Of a stretch of DNA of 64,000 nt, positions 1 through 12,812 are shown piece by piece (the stretch's first letter is position 1; each line of letters begins with the position of its first letter). The notes beneath the pieces were generated by a model, which was given only the letters and a program-made list of their open reading frames with translations, was not told the origin of the DNA and ran no database searches. Source of the DNA: Sneathiellaceae bacterium (GTDB lineage Bacteria; Pseudomonadota; Alphaproteobacteria; Ferrovibrionales; Ferrovibrionaceae); assembly GCA_040216765.1 (NCBI GenBank), contig JAVJON010000066.1, positions 20,661 to 84,660 of the forward strand, given 5' to 3'. Position numbers and translations under genes: made by a program.

Positions 1-573
1 GTGATGTCCATGGGCTTCCTGGTGGCCGAGGACACGCCGATGATCTGGCGCGGGCCGATGGTGATGAGCGCCCTGGAGCAGATGCTGCGCGACGTGAACT
101 GGGGCGAGCTGGACGTGCTGGTCGTCGACCTGCCGCCGGGCACCGGCGACGCACAGCTGACCATGGCCCAGCGGGTGCCGATCACTGGCGCGGTCATCGT
201 CTCCACGCCGCAGGACATCGCGCTGCTGGATGCCCGCAAGGGCCTGAACATGTTCCACAAGGTCGAGGTCCCGGTCCTCGGCATCGTGGAGAACATGTCC
301 TTCTTCCTCTGCCCCCATTGCGGCGAACGCTCGGAGATCTTCGGCCATGGCGGCGCCCGGGCGACCGCGGCGGAACTGGATTGCGACTTCCTCGGCGAGG
401 TGCCGCTGCACATCACGATCCGCGAGACCTCCGACAGCGGCCGGCCGGTGGTGGCCAGCGAGCCCGACGGTCCGCATGCGCTGATCTACCGCCAGATCGC
501 CGACCGCATCGGCACGAAGCTGGACGGCCTGCTGGCGGGCGGCCCGAAGGGCCCGCGCATCGTCGTGGAATGA
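1..573 (+). CDS. apbC: Mrp/ApbC-type Fe-S cluster carrier ATPase, C-terminal part (5' end outside window)
   Basis: 190-aa ORF with Mrp/NBP35 hallmarks (VVDLPPGTGD switch region, CPHCG cysteine pair, GEVPL tail). It runs in from the window edge. Confidence 0.9.
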   Translation: MMSMGFLVAEDTPMIWRGPMVMSALEQMLRDVNWGELDVLVVDLPPGTGDAQLTMAQRVPITGAVIVSTPQDIALLDARKGLNMFHKVEVPVLGIVENMSFFLCPHCGERSEIFGHGGARATAAELDCDFLGEVPLHITIRETSDSGRPVVASEPDGPHALIYRQIADRIGTKLDGLLAGGPKGPRIVVE

Positions 574-652
574 GGCGGCGCGCAGCGGCTTCGCCGCCTG
601 GCCGCCCAGCGCACCGGCCCCGCCGCCGCATCGCGGCAGCCTATCCAACATC

Positions 653-748
653 GTCATCCTCGGCCCTCGAGCCGAGGATCCATTCCGCCAGCAGCGCGGC
701 ACTCCACCGCCGGAGGAATGGATCCTCGGGTCAAGCCCGAGGATGACG
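653..748. repeat. REP/MITE-like inverted pair of ~34-nt hairpin elements
   Basis: GTCATCCTCGGCCCTCGAGCCGAGGATCCATTCC at 653-686 and its near-perfect reverse complement at 715-748. Each arm is itself a hairpin (TCCTCGG..CCGAGGA). Intergenic location. Confidence 0.6.
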
Positions 749-819
749 GGCCAGGGGGCAGGGCGAAATAGGGGGCACCTGCACGCCGCCGGGCGCACCG
801 GCCCGGCGCCGGCGGCGGC

Positions 820-1767
820 CTATCGCAGCCGCGGGTTCAGCGCGTCGCGCAGCCAGTCGCCCAGCAGGTTGATCGCCAGCACCAGGATCGCCAGGGCGGC
901 GCCGGGGAAGATGGTGATCCACCATTCGCCGGAGAACAGGAAGTCGTTGCCGATGCGGATCAGGGTGCCGAGCGAGGGCTGCGTCGGCGGCACGCCGACG
1001 CCGAGGAAGCTGAGGGTCGCCTCGGTGATCACCGCCAGCGCCAGGTTGATGGTGGCGATCACCAGCACCGGCCCCATCACGTTGGGCAGGATGTGGCGCA
1101 GCATGATCAGGCCGCGCGGGATGCCGATCAGGCGCGCGGCCTGGACATATTCCTTGTTGCGCTCGACCAGGGTGGAGCCGCGCACGGTGCGGGCATACTG
1201 CACCCAGAACGACATGCCGATGGAGAACACCAGCACCCAGAAGGCGGTGTCCTCGCGGCGCACCCCGGTCAGCAGGCCGTGCACCACGCCGTCGATCAGC
1301 AGCGCGATCAGGATCGCCGGGAAGGTCAGCTGCACGTCGGCGATGCGCATGATCACCGTGTCGAGGGTGCCGCCGACATAGCCCGACAGCAGCCCGAGCG
1401 AGATCCCCAGCACCGCCGCGAAGGCGACCGAGGCGAAACCCACGGCCAGCGAGATGCGGGCACCGTGCAGGATCGCCGAGAGCACGTCGCGGCCCTGGTC
1501 GTCTGTGCCCAGCAGGAAGCGCGGGTCGCCGCTTTCCGACCAGACCGGCGGGGTCAGGGAATCCAGCAGCTGCAGGCTGGCGAGGTCGTAGGGATCGTGC
1601 GGCGCGATCCAGGGTGCCAGGGCGGCCCCCACCAGGAACAGCAGGGTCACGGCGGCAGCCACCATGCTGACCGGCGAGGCGAGGAAGGCATGCAGCATGT
1701 CGCTGTCCATGCCGCGTGCCAGCAGCCCCGGGGCCGACTTCCTGCCGCCTTCGGCCGGCGCGCTCAT
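820..1767 (-). CDS. ABC transporter permease, DppC/OppC-like (peptide/nickel family)
   Basis: BPD-type permease sequence (EAA-like loop ...ARLIGIPRGLIMLRHILPN...). I chose the internal ATG at 1767, which forms an ATGA overlap with the stop of the upstream permease. The 5' extension in the ORF track looks non-coding. Confidence 0.85.
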   Translation of the reverse strand: MSAPAEGGRKSAPGLLARGMDSDMLHAFLASPVSMVAAAVTLLFLVGAALAPWIAPHDPYDLASLQLLDSLTPPVWSESGDPRFLLGTDDQGRDVLSAILHGARISLAVGFASVAFAAVLGISLGLLSGYVGGTLDTVIMRIADVQLTFPAILIALLIDGVVHGLLTGVRREDTAFWVLVFSIGMSFWVQYARTVRGSTLVERNKEYVQAARLIGIPRGLIMLRHILPNVMGPVLVIATINLALAVITEATLSFLGVGVPPTQPSLGTLIRIGNDFLFSGEWWITIFPGAALAILVLAINLLGDWLRDALNPRLR

Positions 1768-2741
1768 TGCACTGTCCTTTCCACCCGCAACCGCGGGTCG
1801 ACGACGAAGTACAGGATGTCCACGACCAGGTTGATCAGCACGAACAGGAAGGCGATCAGGATCAGGTAGGCGGCCATGATCGGGATATCGACGTTCTGCA
1901 CCGCCTGCAGGAACAGCAGGCCCATGCCCGGCCACTGGAACACCGTCTCGGTGATGATGGCGAAGGCGATGATCTGGCCGAGCTGCAGCCCGGTGACGGT
2001 GATCACCGGGATCAGGGTGTTCTTCAGCGCATGGCGGAAATTCACCGCCCGGTCGCTCAGGCCGCGGGCGCGGGCGAACTTGATGAAGTCGGCGCGCAGC
2101 ACCTCCAGCATCTCCGCCCGCACCAGCCGCATGATCAGGGTCATCTGGAACAGGCCCAGGGTGATCGCCGGCAGGATCAGCGCCTTCAGGCCCGAGGCGG
2201 TCAACAGGCCGGTGCGCCAGATCCCGAGGTCGACCACCTCGCCGCGGCCGAAGCTGGGCAGCACCTGCAGGTTCACCGCGAAGACGAAGATCAGCAGGAT
2301 GCCGATCAGGAAGGTGGGCAGCGAGATGCCGACCAGCGAGACGGTGAGAAACACCTTCGACAGCCAGGCATGGCGCCTTATGCCGGTATAGACCCCCATC
2401 GGGATGCCGACGCAGACCGCGAACAGGGCCGAGGCGATGGACAGTTCCAGGGTCGCCGGCAGGCGTTCCAGGATCAGCCCCGCGACGGGCTGCTTGAACT
2501 GATAGGAGGTGCCGAAGTCGAACTGCGCCGCATTGCCGACGAAGCGGGCGAACTGCAGCCAGATCGGCTCGTTCAGGCCGAGCCGTTCGCGCAGCGCCTC
2601 ACGTTCCGCCGGCGTGGTCTCGACCCCGACCATCTGGTTCACGGGGTCGCCCACATAGCGGAACATCAGGAAGGCAAGGGACGCCACCACCAGCATGACC
2701 AGGATGGCCTGCAGCAGGCGGCGGAGGATGAATGCCGTCAT
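1764..2741 (-). CDS. ABC transporter permease, DppB/OppB-like
   Basis: 325 aa starting MTAFILRRLLQAILVMLVV, a typical DppB-family N-terminus, with a conserved permease core. Overlaps the next permease by 4 nt. Confidence 0.9.
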   Translation of the reverse strand: MTAFILRRLLQAILVMLVVASLAFLMFRYVGDPVNQMVGVETTPAEREALRERLGLNEPIWLQFARFVGNAAQFDFGTSYQFKQPVAGLILERLPATLELSIASALFAVCVGIPMGVYTGIRRHAWLSKVFLTVSLVGISLPTFLIGILLIFVFAVNLQVLPSFGRGEVVDLGIWRTGLLTASGLKALILPAITLGLFQMTLIMRLVRAEMLEVLRADFIKFARARGLSDRAVNFRHALKNTLIPVITVTGLQLGQIIAFAIITETVFQWPGMGLLFLQAVQNVDIPIMAAYLILIAFLFVLINLVVDILYFVVDPRLRVERTVQ

Positions 2742-2813
2742 GAACAGTGCCGGCGCATGCGCCGTGCGACCGGCGGGAGCGGGCGGACGAGCCGCCCGCT
2801 CCCGCCTGCGCCG

Positions 2814-4442
2814 CTACTTCTTGTTGACGTGGTAGAACATCAGCTGGTTGTCGGCGCGCTGCACAAGGTCGATATTGTCGGACACGCCCCAGGCCAGGCC
2901 CTGCTGGTGCAGGGGGATATGCCCGACATCCTCGTGATGCATGCGGAAGGCTTCCGCGATCATCTCGTCGCGCTTCGCCGGATCGTTCTCCACGAGGATC
3001 TTCGCGGTCAGCTCGTCCACCTTCGGGTTGCAATAGCCGCCCAGGTTGAAGGGGGATTCGCTGCCCTCGGCGGTGCGGCAATGCATCAGGTTCGATAGCA
3101 CGTTCCAGCTGTCGAAGGATCCCGGGGTCCAGCCCAGCAGGTAGAACGAGGTGTCGAAGCCGTTCGACTGCAGCACCTTTGCGAAATACTTCGCCTTGGG
3201 CTGGGCGTTCAGGTTCACCTTCACGCCGATCCGCGCCAGCATGGCGGTGACCGCCTGGCAGATCGCCTCGTCGTTCACGTAGCGGTCGTTCGGGCAGTCC
3301 ATGGAGACCTCGAAGCCATCCGCATAGCCGGCATCGGCCATCAGCTTCTTCGCCGCCTCGGGGTCGTAGGGATGGCGCTTGAACTGGTCCGAGAGCTTGA
3401 ACTGGAAGGGCGAGATCATCAGCGCCGCCGGCTCCGACAGCCCGCGCATGACCTTCTGCTTGATCGCCTCGATGTCGATCGCCTGGTAGAAAGCCTGCCG
3501 CACCCGCTGGTCCTTGAAGGGATTCTTGCCCTTCACGTTGGAGTACAGCAGCTCGTCGCGCATCTGGTCCATGCCGAGGAAGATCGTGCGCAGTTCCGGC
3601 CCGGTGAGCGCCCGGGTCCCGTCATTGCTGTCGACCCGCTTCAGGTCCTGCACCGGCACCGGATAGACCATGTCCATCTCGCCCGACAGCAGGGCGGCCA
3701 CCCGCGTGGCATCCGATGCGATCGGCACCAGTTCGACCCGGTCGACGTTGAACTTCTTGTCGGCCTTGTTCCACCAGTCGGCATTCTCGTCGAACACCGT
3801 CTTCACGCCGGTCTCGTGGCTGGCGACCTTGAACGGCCCCGTGCCGTTGGCGTTCAACGAGGCATAGTTCGGGTTCTCGTCGGAGGCGGAGGTGACCTTC
3901 ACCGCCTCGTTCGCCTCTGCCCATTCCTTGTCCATGATGCCCCAGGTGTCCCACTCGTAGTGCAGGATGGGGTTGGGCGCGGTGAGCACGAAATCGACGG
4001 TATGGTCATCGACCTTCTCGACCTTCACGTCGGCGCCGATCCGGGTCTTCAGGTCGGACTCCTTGGAGCGCACCCGTTCGGCGGAGAACACCACATCGTC
4101 GGCGGTGAAATCGTTGCCGTTGTGGAATTTCACGTCCTTGCGCAGATGGAAGCGCCAGCGGGTGGGCTCGATCACCTCCCAGCTCTCCGCCAGGCCGGGC
4201 TGGATCTGCAGGTCCGCGCCCCGCTTGGTCAGGCCCTCATAGACATTGCCCAAGGTGCCCAGGGTGAAGGTCTCGTTCAGGCTGTAGGGGTCCAGCCCCC
4301 GCAACTCGCCCTGGAATGCGTACTTGAAGGTCTCCGCACCCGCCGCGGTTGCAGTCAGGGCTACGGCGCCGACAGCCAGCCCAAGGAGCGCACCGCGGCA
4401 TCGCCGCGCTACCGTCCTGGCGGACATCCTGTTCTCGATCAT
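2814..4442 (-). CDS. ABC transporter substrate-binding protein, family 5 (peptide/nickel/opine type)
   Basis: SBP_bac_5-like sequence with a signal peptide (MIENRMSARTVARRCRGALLGLAVGAVALTATAAGA). Start set at the ATG at 4442. The upstream 140 codons of the ORF are Arg/Pro-rich GC artefact. Confidence 0.85.
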   Translation of the reverse strand: MIENRMSARTVARRCRGALLGLAVGAVALTATAAGAETFKYAFQGELRGLDPYSLNETFTLGTLGNVYEGLTKRGADLQIQPGLAESWEVIEPTRWRFHLRKDVKFHNGNDFTADDVVFSAERVRSKESDLKTRIGADVKVEKVDDHTVDFVLTAPNPILHYEWDTWGIMDKEWAEANEAVKVTSASDENPNYASLNANGTGPFKVASHETGVKTVFDENADWWNKADKKFNVDRVELVPIASDATRVAALLSGEMDMVYPVPVQDLKRVDSNDGTRALTGPELRTIFLGMDQMRDELLYSNVKGKNPFKDQRVRQAFYQAIDIEAIKQKVMRGLSEPAALMISPFQFKLSDQFKRHPYDPEAAKKLMADAGYADGFEVSMDCPNDRYVNDEAICQAVTAMLARIGVKVNLNAQPKAKYFAKVLQSNGFDTSFYLLGWTPGSFDSWNVLSNLMHCRTAEGSESPFNLGGYCNPKVDELTAKILVENDPAKRDEMIAEAFRMHHEDVGHIPLHQQGLAWGVSDNIDLVQRADNQLMFYHVNKK

Positions 4443-4617
4443 TGAAACATCCCCTGTCGTACACGCCTTCTCCCGCCGAGTGGGGCGGACCGGCGCTGGT
4501 TGGTTGCGACTTGTGCGGCGGGAAGCGCCGCCACATGTCAGCCGCAACCAGTATCGACGCGGGACCGGGCAGGACGCAAGCCGGCCCGAGCGGAACCGGC
4601 AGGCAGGGCTGCGATCG

Positions 4618-4911
4618 TCAGGACGGGCGACCCGGCGCCTGGGTCTCCACCGTATCCCAGGACTCGCCCGCGGCAATGATACAGATCGCGTTATGGGCAG
4701 GATCGATGGCGGCGACCGTCCAGGTCTCACCGTCCGACGAGGTGTAGAGCAGCACGAGGCGCCCGTCCGCCACGCCGCGGGCGACGGGCTGCTCGTGGTA
4801 CCTCTCGGCCAGCATGCGGTGGCCCTTTTCCGCGTCGACGCACATGCCGCCCTGCGCGGCAACCGGCAACAGGATCGCCAGAGCGGCGGCGGCGGCCAGA
4901 AGCGTTCTCAT
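4618..4911 (-). CDS. small secreted hypothetical protein
   Basis: 97-aa ORF with a clean signal peptide (MRTLLAAAAALAILLPVAAQG) and non-repetitive composition. No family recognised. Confidence 0.45.
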   Translation of the reverse strand: MRTLLAAAAALAILLPVAAQGGMCVDAEKGHRMLAERYHEQPVARGVADGRLVLLYTSSDGETWTVAAIDPAHNAICIIAAGESWDTVETQAPGRPS

Positions 4912-5249
4912 CTCGGCCTCCATGGATCGTCTCCGCCGCGATAGGGGCCGGCGCGGCGCACCGGCTGCCCGGACGGTCGGTCGCGCACCCCGTTCCCGAA
5001 GTGTCGTCCAGGAACGCCACCGGAAAATCGAAGTCTTCTCCAGCCAGCTTTCGGGGGCTTCAAGTCATCGCGACGTGTCGCGAGCATCTATGAAAATGAA
5101 ATGCCAGAACAGGAATTTGGTTCCGCTTCGAATGACGGGCGCCCCCGCCGGGCGCACCGGCGGCGTCCGGTGCGCTGCCGCACCTTCCGCAGATATCGAC
5201 GGGAAAGCGGGGCCGCCGATACAAGCGGGCCGGGATATCGCCCTGCCCG

Positions 5250-7967
<2,718 letters not shown>

Positions 7968-8017
7968 CTCTGCCTCGTCATCGTGGTGCCCGCCGCCATC
8001 CGGCGGCCGGTTGCCGT

Positions 8018-10063
8018 CTATCCTTCGACCTGCGAGAAATCCGCGACTGCATCAAGGGTTCCCCTGATGCGCCGCAACAGGCGCAACCGGTTCTCGCGCA
8101 GGGCCGCATCCTCCGCATTCACCGTGACCCGGTCGAAGAACGCATCGACCGGCTGGCGCAGGCCCGCCAGGATCGCACAGGCTGCCGCGAAATCCTCCGC
8201 CTCCAGGGCCCGCGAGGCGGTCCGGCCGGCCTCCGCCAGGGCCTCGCCAAGGGCTGCCTCCTCTGCCGCCGCGTAGCGGGCCGCATCCGGCGCCCCGTCG
8301 AAGCTGCGCCCGTCGCGCTTTTCCTCGATCGCGACGATGTTCGCGGCCCGCCGATAGGCGGCCAGCAGGTTGGCCCCGTCATCGCTCTGTAACAGATCGA
8401 CCAGCGCCTGCACACGCCTGGAGAGCAGCAGGAAGTCGTCCCGGCCCTCGCCGGCGGTGCCGTCCGCCGGCGCCATGGCGGCGGCGATCAGGTCGTGCCG
8501 CACGCCGTCGTCGCGCAGATGCACCACCAGGCGGTCGGCCATGTAGCCCAGCACCTCGTCCGCCGCCGGCCCCAGCAGCGGCCGCAGCGGCAGCCGCAGG
8601 CCGTTCTCCAGGACGATGCGGATGATCCCCAGCGCCGCGCGGCGCAGCGAGAAGGGATCGCGCGACCCGGTCGGCTTCTCGCCGATCCGGAAGAAGCAGG
8701 CCAGGGTGTCCAGCTTGTCCGCCAGGGCCGTCACGACCGCCACCGGGGCGGTCGGGCAGCCGTCGCTCGGCCCCTGCGGGGCGTAGTGCTGCGCCACCGC
8801 CTCCGCCACGGCCTCGTCCTCGCCGTCGTGCCGGGCATAGTAGCGGCCCATCACGCCCTGCAGCTCCGGGAACTCGCCGACCATCTCGCTGGTCAGGTCC
8901 GCCTTGGCCAGCAGGGCGGCCCGGTCGCAGGCGGCGGGGTCGGCGCCCGGCACCTGCGGCGCAAGCTGCGCGGCCAGGGCGCGCATGCGCGCCACCTTCT
9001 CGCCCAGGCTGCCCAGCTTCGCGTGATAGACGATGCCGTCCAGCGCCGGGACCCGGTCGGCCAGCCGGACTTTCCGGTCCTGGTCCCAGAAGAACCGGGC
9101 ATCCGACAGCCTCGCGCGCAGCACGCGCTCGTTGCCGGCGACGATCCGTGCCCCGCCATCCGTGGCCGCCATGTTGGAGACGATCACGAAGCGCGGCTGC
9201 AGCCGGCCCTGGCTGTCGTTCAGGGCGAAATACTTCTGGTGGCTGCGCATCGAGGTGACCAGCACCTCGCGCGGGATCTCCAGGAATGCCGGGTCGAAAC
9301 CGCCCAGCAGCACCACCGGCCATTCCACCAGGCCCGCGGTCTCCGCCAGCAGGCCGGGATCCTCGGCGACCGCCAGCCCCTCGGCCGCGGCGGCGGCCGC
9401 GGCGGCGGTCGCGATCGCAGCCCGCCGCTCCGCCGGGTCGAGCATCACATGGGCGGCACGCAGCTTCTCCCGGTAGTCGGCAAAGCCTTCGACGGCGAAG
9501 CTGTCGGCCGCCATGAAGCGGTGCCCGCGGGTCTCGGTGCCGCTGTGCAGATGTCCGAAGGCGAAGCGCACCGGGCGGCCGTCCAGCAGTGCCAGGATCG
9601 ACTGCAGCGGCCGGACCCAGCGCAGCTCGGTATCGCCCCAGCGCATGCTCTTCGGCCAGGGCAGCGCCGCCAGCGCATCGGGCAGCAGCTCGGCCAGGAT
9701 GTCGCGCACCGGGCGGCCGGGGATCTCCTGCACGGCGTAGAGGAAGACGCCTTTCGGGGTTTCGCGGCGCTCGCACTGGTCGATGCTGTCCAGGCCGGCG
9801 CTGCGCAGGAAACCGGCGATGGCCTTCTCCGGGGCATCGGCCCGCGGACCGCGCCGCTCCTCGCTGCGGCCCGCCTGCTCCAGCGGCAATCCGGTGACCT
9901 GCAGTGCCAGGCGCCGCGGCGTCACGAACCCGGCGATGCCGTCGAACGCCAGGCCCTGCGCCGCCAGGCGCTCGCGCACCAGGCGCTCCAGCGCGGCGGC
10001 GGCCTCGGCCTGCATGCGGGCCGGCATCTCCTCGGCCAGGGCTTCCAGCAACAGCTCCGCCAT
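8018..10063 (-). CDS. glyS: glycine--tRNA ligase beta subunit
   Basis: GlyS-like sequence from [18 protein letters not shown] onward. The ATG at 10063 lies 2 nt after the glyQ stop. The upstream part of the track ORF is discarded. Confidence 0.93.
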   Translation of the reverse strand: MAELLLEALAEEMPARMQAEAAAALERLVRERLAAQGLAFDGIAGFVTPRRLALQVTGLPLEQAGRSEERRGPRADAPEKAIAGFLRSAGLDSIDQCERRETPKGVFLYAVQEIPGRPVRDILAELLPDALAALPWPKSMRWGDTELRWVRPLQSILALLDGRPVRFAFGHLHSGTETRGHRFMAADSFAVEGFADYREKLRAAHVMLDPAERRAAIATAAAAAAAAEGLAVAEDPGLLAETAGLVEWPVVLLGGFDPAFLEIPREVLVTSMRSHQKYFALNDSQGRLQPRFVIVSNMAATDGGARIVAGNERVLRARLSDARFFWDQDRKVRLADRVPALDGIVYHAKLGSLGEKVARMRALAAQLAPQVPGADPAACDRAALLAKADLTSEMVGEFPELQGVMGRYYARHDGEDEAVAEAVAQHYAPQGPSDGCPTAPVAVVTALADKLDTLACFFRIGEKPTGSRDPFSLRRAALGIIRIVLENGLRLPLRPLLGPAADEVLGYMADRLVVHLRDDGVRHDLIAAAMAPADGTAGEGRDDFLLLSRRVQALVDLLQSDDGANLLAAYRRAANIVAIEEKRDGRSFDGAPDAARYAAAEEAALGEALAEAGRTASRALEAEDFAAACAILAGLRQPVDAFFDRVTVNAEDAALRENRLRLLRRIRGTLDAVADFSQVEG

Positions 10064-10065
10064 GG

Positions 10066-11001
10066 TCAGCCCGCCTGCCCGGCTGTTGGGCCGGCCGCGG
10101 CGGCCTCGGCCTGCGCCGGGGCATGGCCGCGGCTTTCCAGCCAGGCGGTGCAGCTGGCCCGTGCCAGGGTCCGCACCCGGCCGATATAGGCGGCACGCTC
10201 CGCCACGCCGATCACGCCCCGGGCATCCAGCAGGTTGAAGACATGGCTCGCCTTCATGCACTGGTCATAGGCCGGCAGCGGCAGCTTTGCCGCGGTCAGC
10301 GCCAGGCATTCCGCCTCGCACTCGGCGAAGCGGCGGACCAGCACCTCGGTATTGGCGTGCTCGAAGTTGAAGGCGGAGAATTCCCGCTCGGCCTGCAGGA
10401 AGACATCGCCATAGGTCGCGCCGGCGCCGTTCCAGTCCAGGTCGTAGACATTGTCGGCGCCCTGGACGTACATCGCCAGGCGCTCCAGGCCGTAGGTGAT
10501 CTCGCCCGCGACCGGGCGGCAGTCGAAGCCGCCGACCTGCTGGAAATAGGTGAACTGCGTCACCTCCATGCCGTCGCACCAGATCTCCCAGCCCAGCCCC
10601 CAGGCGCCCAGGGTCGGGCTTTCCCAGTCATCCTCCACGAGGCGCAGGTCGTGCTGCATCGGGTCGATGCCGATCGCCCGCAGCGAGTCGAAATACAGGT
10701 CCAGGATGTTGTCCGGGCTGGGCTTCAGCAGGACCTGGAACTGATAGTAGTGCTGCAGGCGGTTGGGGTTCTCGCCATAGCGGCCGTCCTTCGGCCGCCG
10801 CGACGGCTGCACATAGGCGGTGCGCCAGGGCTCGGGGCCAAGCGCGCGCAACGTCGTCGCCGGATGGAAGGTGCCGGCGCCGACTTCCATGTCGTAGGGT
10901 TGTAGTACGATGCAGCGGCGGGCCGCCCAGAACTGCTGAAGGGTCAGTATGAGGTCCTGGAATGACGGCGCCCCGGCTGCCGGGCGCTTAGCCATCGCCA
11001 T
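10066..11001 (-). CDS. glyQ: glycine--tRNA ligase alpha subunit
   Basis: 311 aa, highly conserved GlyQ sequence ([13 protein letters not shown]...[26 protein letters not shown]). Confidence 0.95.
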   Translation of the reverse strand: MAMAKRPAAGAPSFQDLILTLQQFWAARRCIVLQPYDMEVGAGTFHPATTLRALGPEPWRTAYVQPSRRPKDGRYGENPNRLQHYYQFQVLLKPSPDNILDLYFDSLRAIGIDPMQHDLRLVEDDWESPTLGAWGLGWEIWCDGMEVTQFTYFQQVGGFDCRPVAGEITYGLERLAMYVQGADNVYDLDWNGAGATYGDVFLQAEREFSAFNFEHANTEVLVRRFAECEAECLALTAAKLPLPAYDQCMKASHVFNLLDARGVIGVAERAAYIGRVRTLARASCTAWLESRGHAPAQAEAAAAGPTAGQAG

Positions 11002-11207
11002 CGCCGCCTTTCACGTCTCGGGTTCCGGAAGAGCGGCCGGAACTTAGCCACCGCCCCGGCCAGGGTCAAGCGACCCGATGCCGCGGCCAGGAGGGCGTGG
11101 CGGGCACCGTTCCGGCGCCATGATTCGCAATGGCATGCGCGGGTGTCGCCGGGTATCGTCGCACCGCATTCCTCCAACTCGCGCCGCCTCCTGCCGGGAA
11201 GCGGGCC

Positions 11208-11259
11208 GCGAGCGGGACGGGCGTGCGGGGCGGGCGAGCGGGACGGGCGAGCGGGACGG
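11208..11259. repeat. 4 tandem copies of a 13-nt unit (GCGAGCGGGACGG; copy 2 degenerate)
   Basis: Read directly: units at 11208, 11221 (degenerate), 11234 and 11247. The array ends 9 nt before the kinase ATG. Confidence 0.6.
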
Positions 11260-11268
11260 GGGCGACAC

Positions 11269-12450
11269 ATGCAGCAACTTCTGGACGCCGCGTCCTACAT
11301 GGCGCACGGCTATTGCCTGTTGTGGCAGCCCTGGCTGATCGCCGTCCATGCCGGCGCCGATATCGCCACGGCCCTCGCCTATTTCGCCATTCCGGCCGCC
11401 ATCGTGATCTTCCTGCGGCGCCGCCGGGACCTGGCCTTTCCCAGCCTGGCCCTGCTGTTCGCCGCCTTCATCCTGCTCTGCGGCCTGACCCACGTGATGG
11501 GCGCGGTCACCCTCTGGCTGCCTGTCTACGAGCTGCAGGGCGCGGTGAAGCTGGCCACCGCCCTGGTGTCGATCGCCACCGCCATCGTGATCTTCCCGCT
11601 GATTCCCAAGGCGCTGGCGATCCCCAGCCCCGCTGCGCTGCAGCGCACGAACCGCCAGCTGGAAGAGGAAATCGCCGCGCATGAGCGGACCCTGCTGGAA
11701 CTGCGGGCAATGAAGGCCGAGCTGGAAGAGCAGGTACAGGACCGCACCGCGGACGTGGAGCAGGCGAACGGCCGGCTGCGCATCCTGGCGCGCGAGGTCG
11801 TCCACCGCTCCAAGAACCTGATGGCCGTGGTGCAGAGCCTGGCCTATCAGACCGCCCGCACCTGCCCCGACAAGGAGAGCTTCCTGGAGCGCCTGAACGG
11901 ACGCCTGAGCTCGCTGTCGGAGGCACTGGACGCGGTGGTCCGCAACGAATCGCGCGGCGCCTATCTGGAAGACCTGGTGCGTGGCCAGATGAGCTACTCG
12001 CTGGACACCTTTCCCGGCCGCATCGAGCTCGACGGGCCGTCGGTCATGGTGCGGCCGGAAGCGGCGCAGCAACTCGGCCTCGCGATCCACGAACTGGCCA
12101 CCAATGCGGTGAAGCATGGCGCCCTGGCCGGCGAGGACGGGACGGTTTCGGTTACCTGGCGACTGCGCCCCGGGGGCGCCGCCGGGGAGCCGCAGCGCTT
12201 CGCCCTGGACTGGCAGGAACGCTGGCCGGCGCGGCCGGACCCCGCGCAGGAGAGGCCTTCCGGCTTCGGCACCCTGCTGCTGGAACGCGCGGTGCCGGCC
12301 TCCCTGCGCGGCACCGCCAGCAGGCAGATCTCGCAGGACGGGTTTTCCTATTGCCTGGACGTCCCCACCGCCGACCTGCTGGCCTCGCCCGATGCCGACC
12401 TGGCGGAGGTGCTGGCAGACGGCCAGGACCGGGCCGCCAACCCCGGCTGA
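11269..12450 (+). CDS. HWE/HisKA_2-family sensor histidine kinase with an ethylene-binding-domain-like 3-TM N-terminus
   Basis: C-terminal half has the H-box HRSKNLMAVVQSL, an HATPase region and the W-x-E motif (LDWQERW) typical of HWE kinases. N-terminal 113 aa align with the ETR1 ethylene-binding domain (see findings). Start at the ATG at 11269. Confidence 0.85.
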   Translation: MQQLLDAASYMAHGYCLLWQPWLIAVHAGADIATALAYFAIPAAIVIFLRRRRDLAFPSLALLFAAFILLCGLTHVMGAVTLWLPVYELQGAVKLATALVSIATAIVIFPLIPKALAIPSPAALQRTNRQLEEEIAAHERTLLELRAMKAELEEQVQDRTADVEQANGRLRILAREVVHRSKNLMAVVQSLAYQTARTCPDKESFLERLNGRLSSLSEALDAVVRNESRGAYLEDLVRGQMSYSLDTFPGRIELDGPSVMVRPEAAQQLGLAIHELATNAVKHGALAGEDGTVSVTWRLRPGGAAGEPQRFALDWQERWPARPDPAQERPSGFGTLLLERAVPASLRGTASRQISQDGFSYCLDVPTADLLASPDADLAEVLADGQDRAANPG

Positions 12451-12496
12451 CCGCGTTGCCGCAGGATCGGCCGCCAGGGTGCGGCAGACCGGGGAA

Positions 12497-12526
12497 CAGT
12501 GGATCGGGGCGCAGTGGATCGGGGCG
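12497..12526. repeat. 2 tandem copies of a 15-nt unit (CAGTGGATCGGGGCG)
   Basis: Perfect tandem duplication read directly in the gap downstream of the kinase. Confidence 0.6.
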
Positions 12527-12540
12527 CAGGAAGGCCGGAA

Positions 12541-12765
12541 TCAGCCGAACGGGCAGTCGGCGCGGGCACAGGCAGCCTTCGTGCCGATCGGCACGAAGGC
12601 GCCGCAGGCCGTGCAGCGCAGGGTTTCGTCGGCCTGGGGCTCGGCCTTCCGGCGGGGCGGCGGTGGCGCACGACGCTCGACCGCCCCGTCCCGGCGGCCC
12701 CAGGCGCGGAAGACGAAGGCCACAGCAAAGATGGCCAGCAGCACGACGAGAATCTTCAGCAACAT
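12541..12765 (-). CDS. small membrane-anchored zinc-ribbon-like protein (PP0621-family-like)
   Basis: 74 aa: N-terminal TM helix, a basic/Pro linker, then CTACG...C..ADC, a four-Cys arrangement. The family assignment is from memory only. Confidence 0.5.
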   Translation of the reverse strand: MLLKILVVLLAIFAVAFVFRAWGRRDGAVERRAPPPPRRKAEPQADETLRCTACGAFVPIGTKAACARADCPFG

Positions 12766-12812
12766 GTCAAGGTCGGCCCTGCCGGATCATGAGAGTGGAA
12801 CAGGCCGCCATG

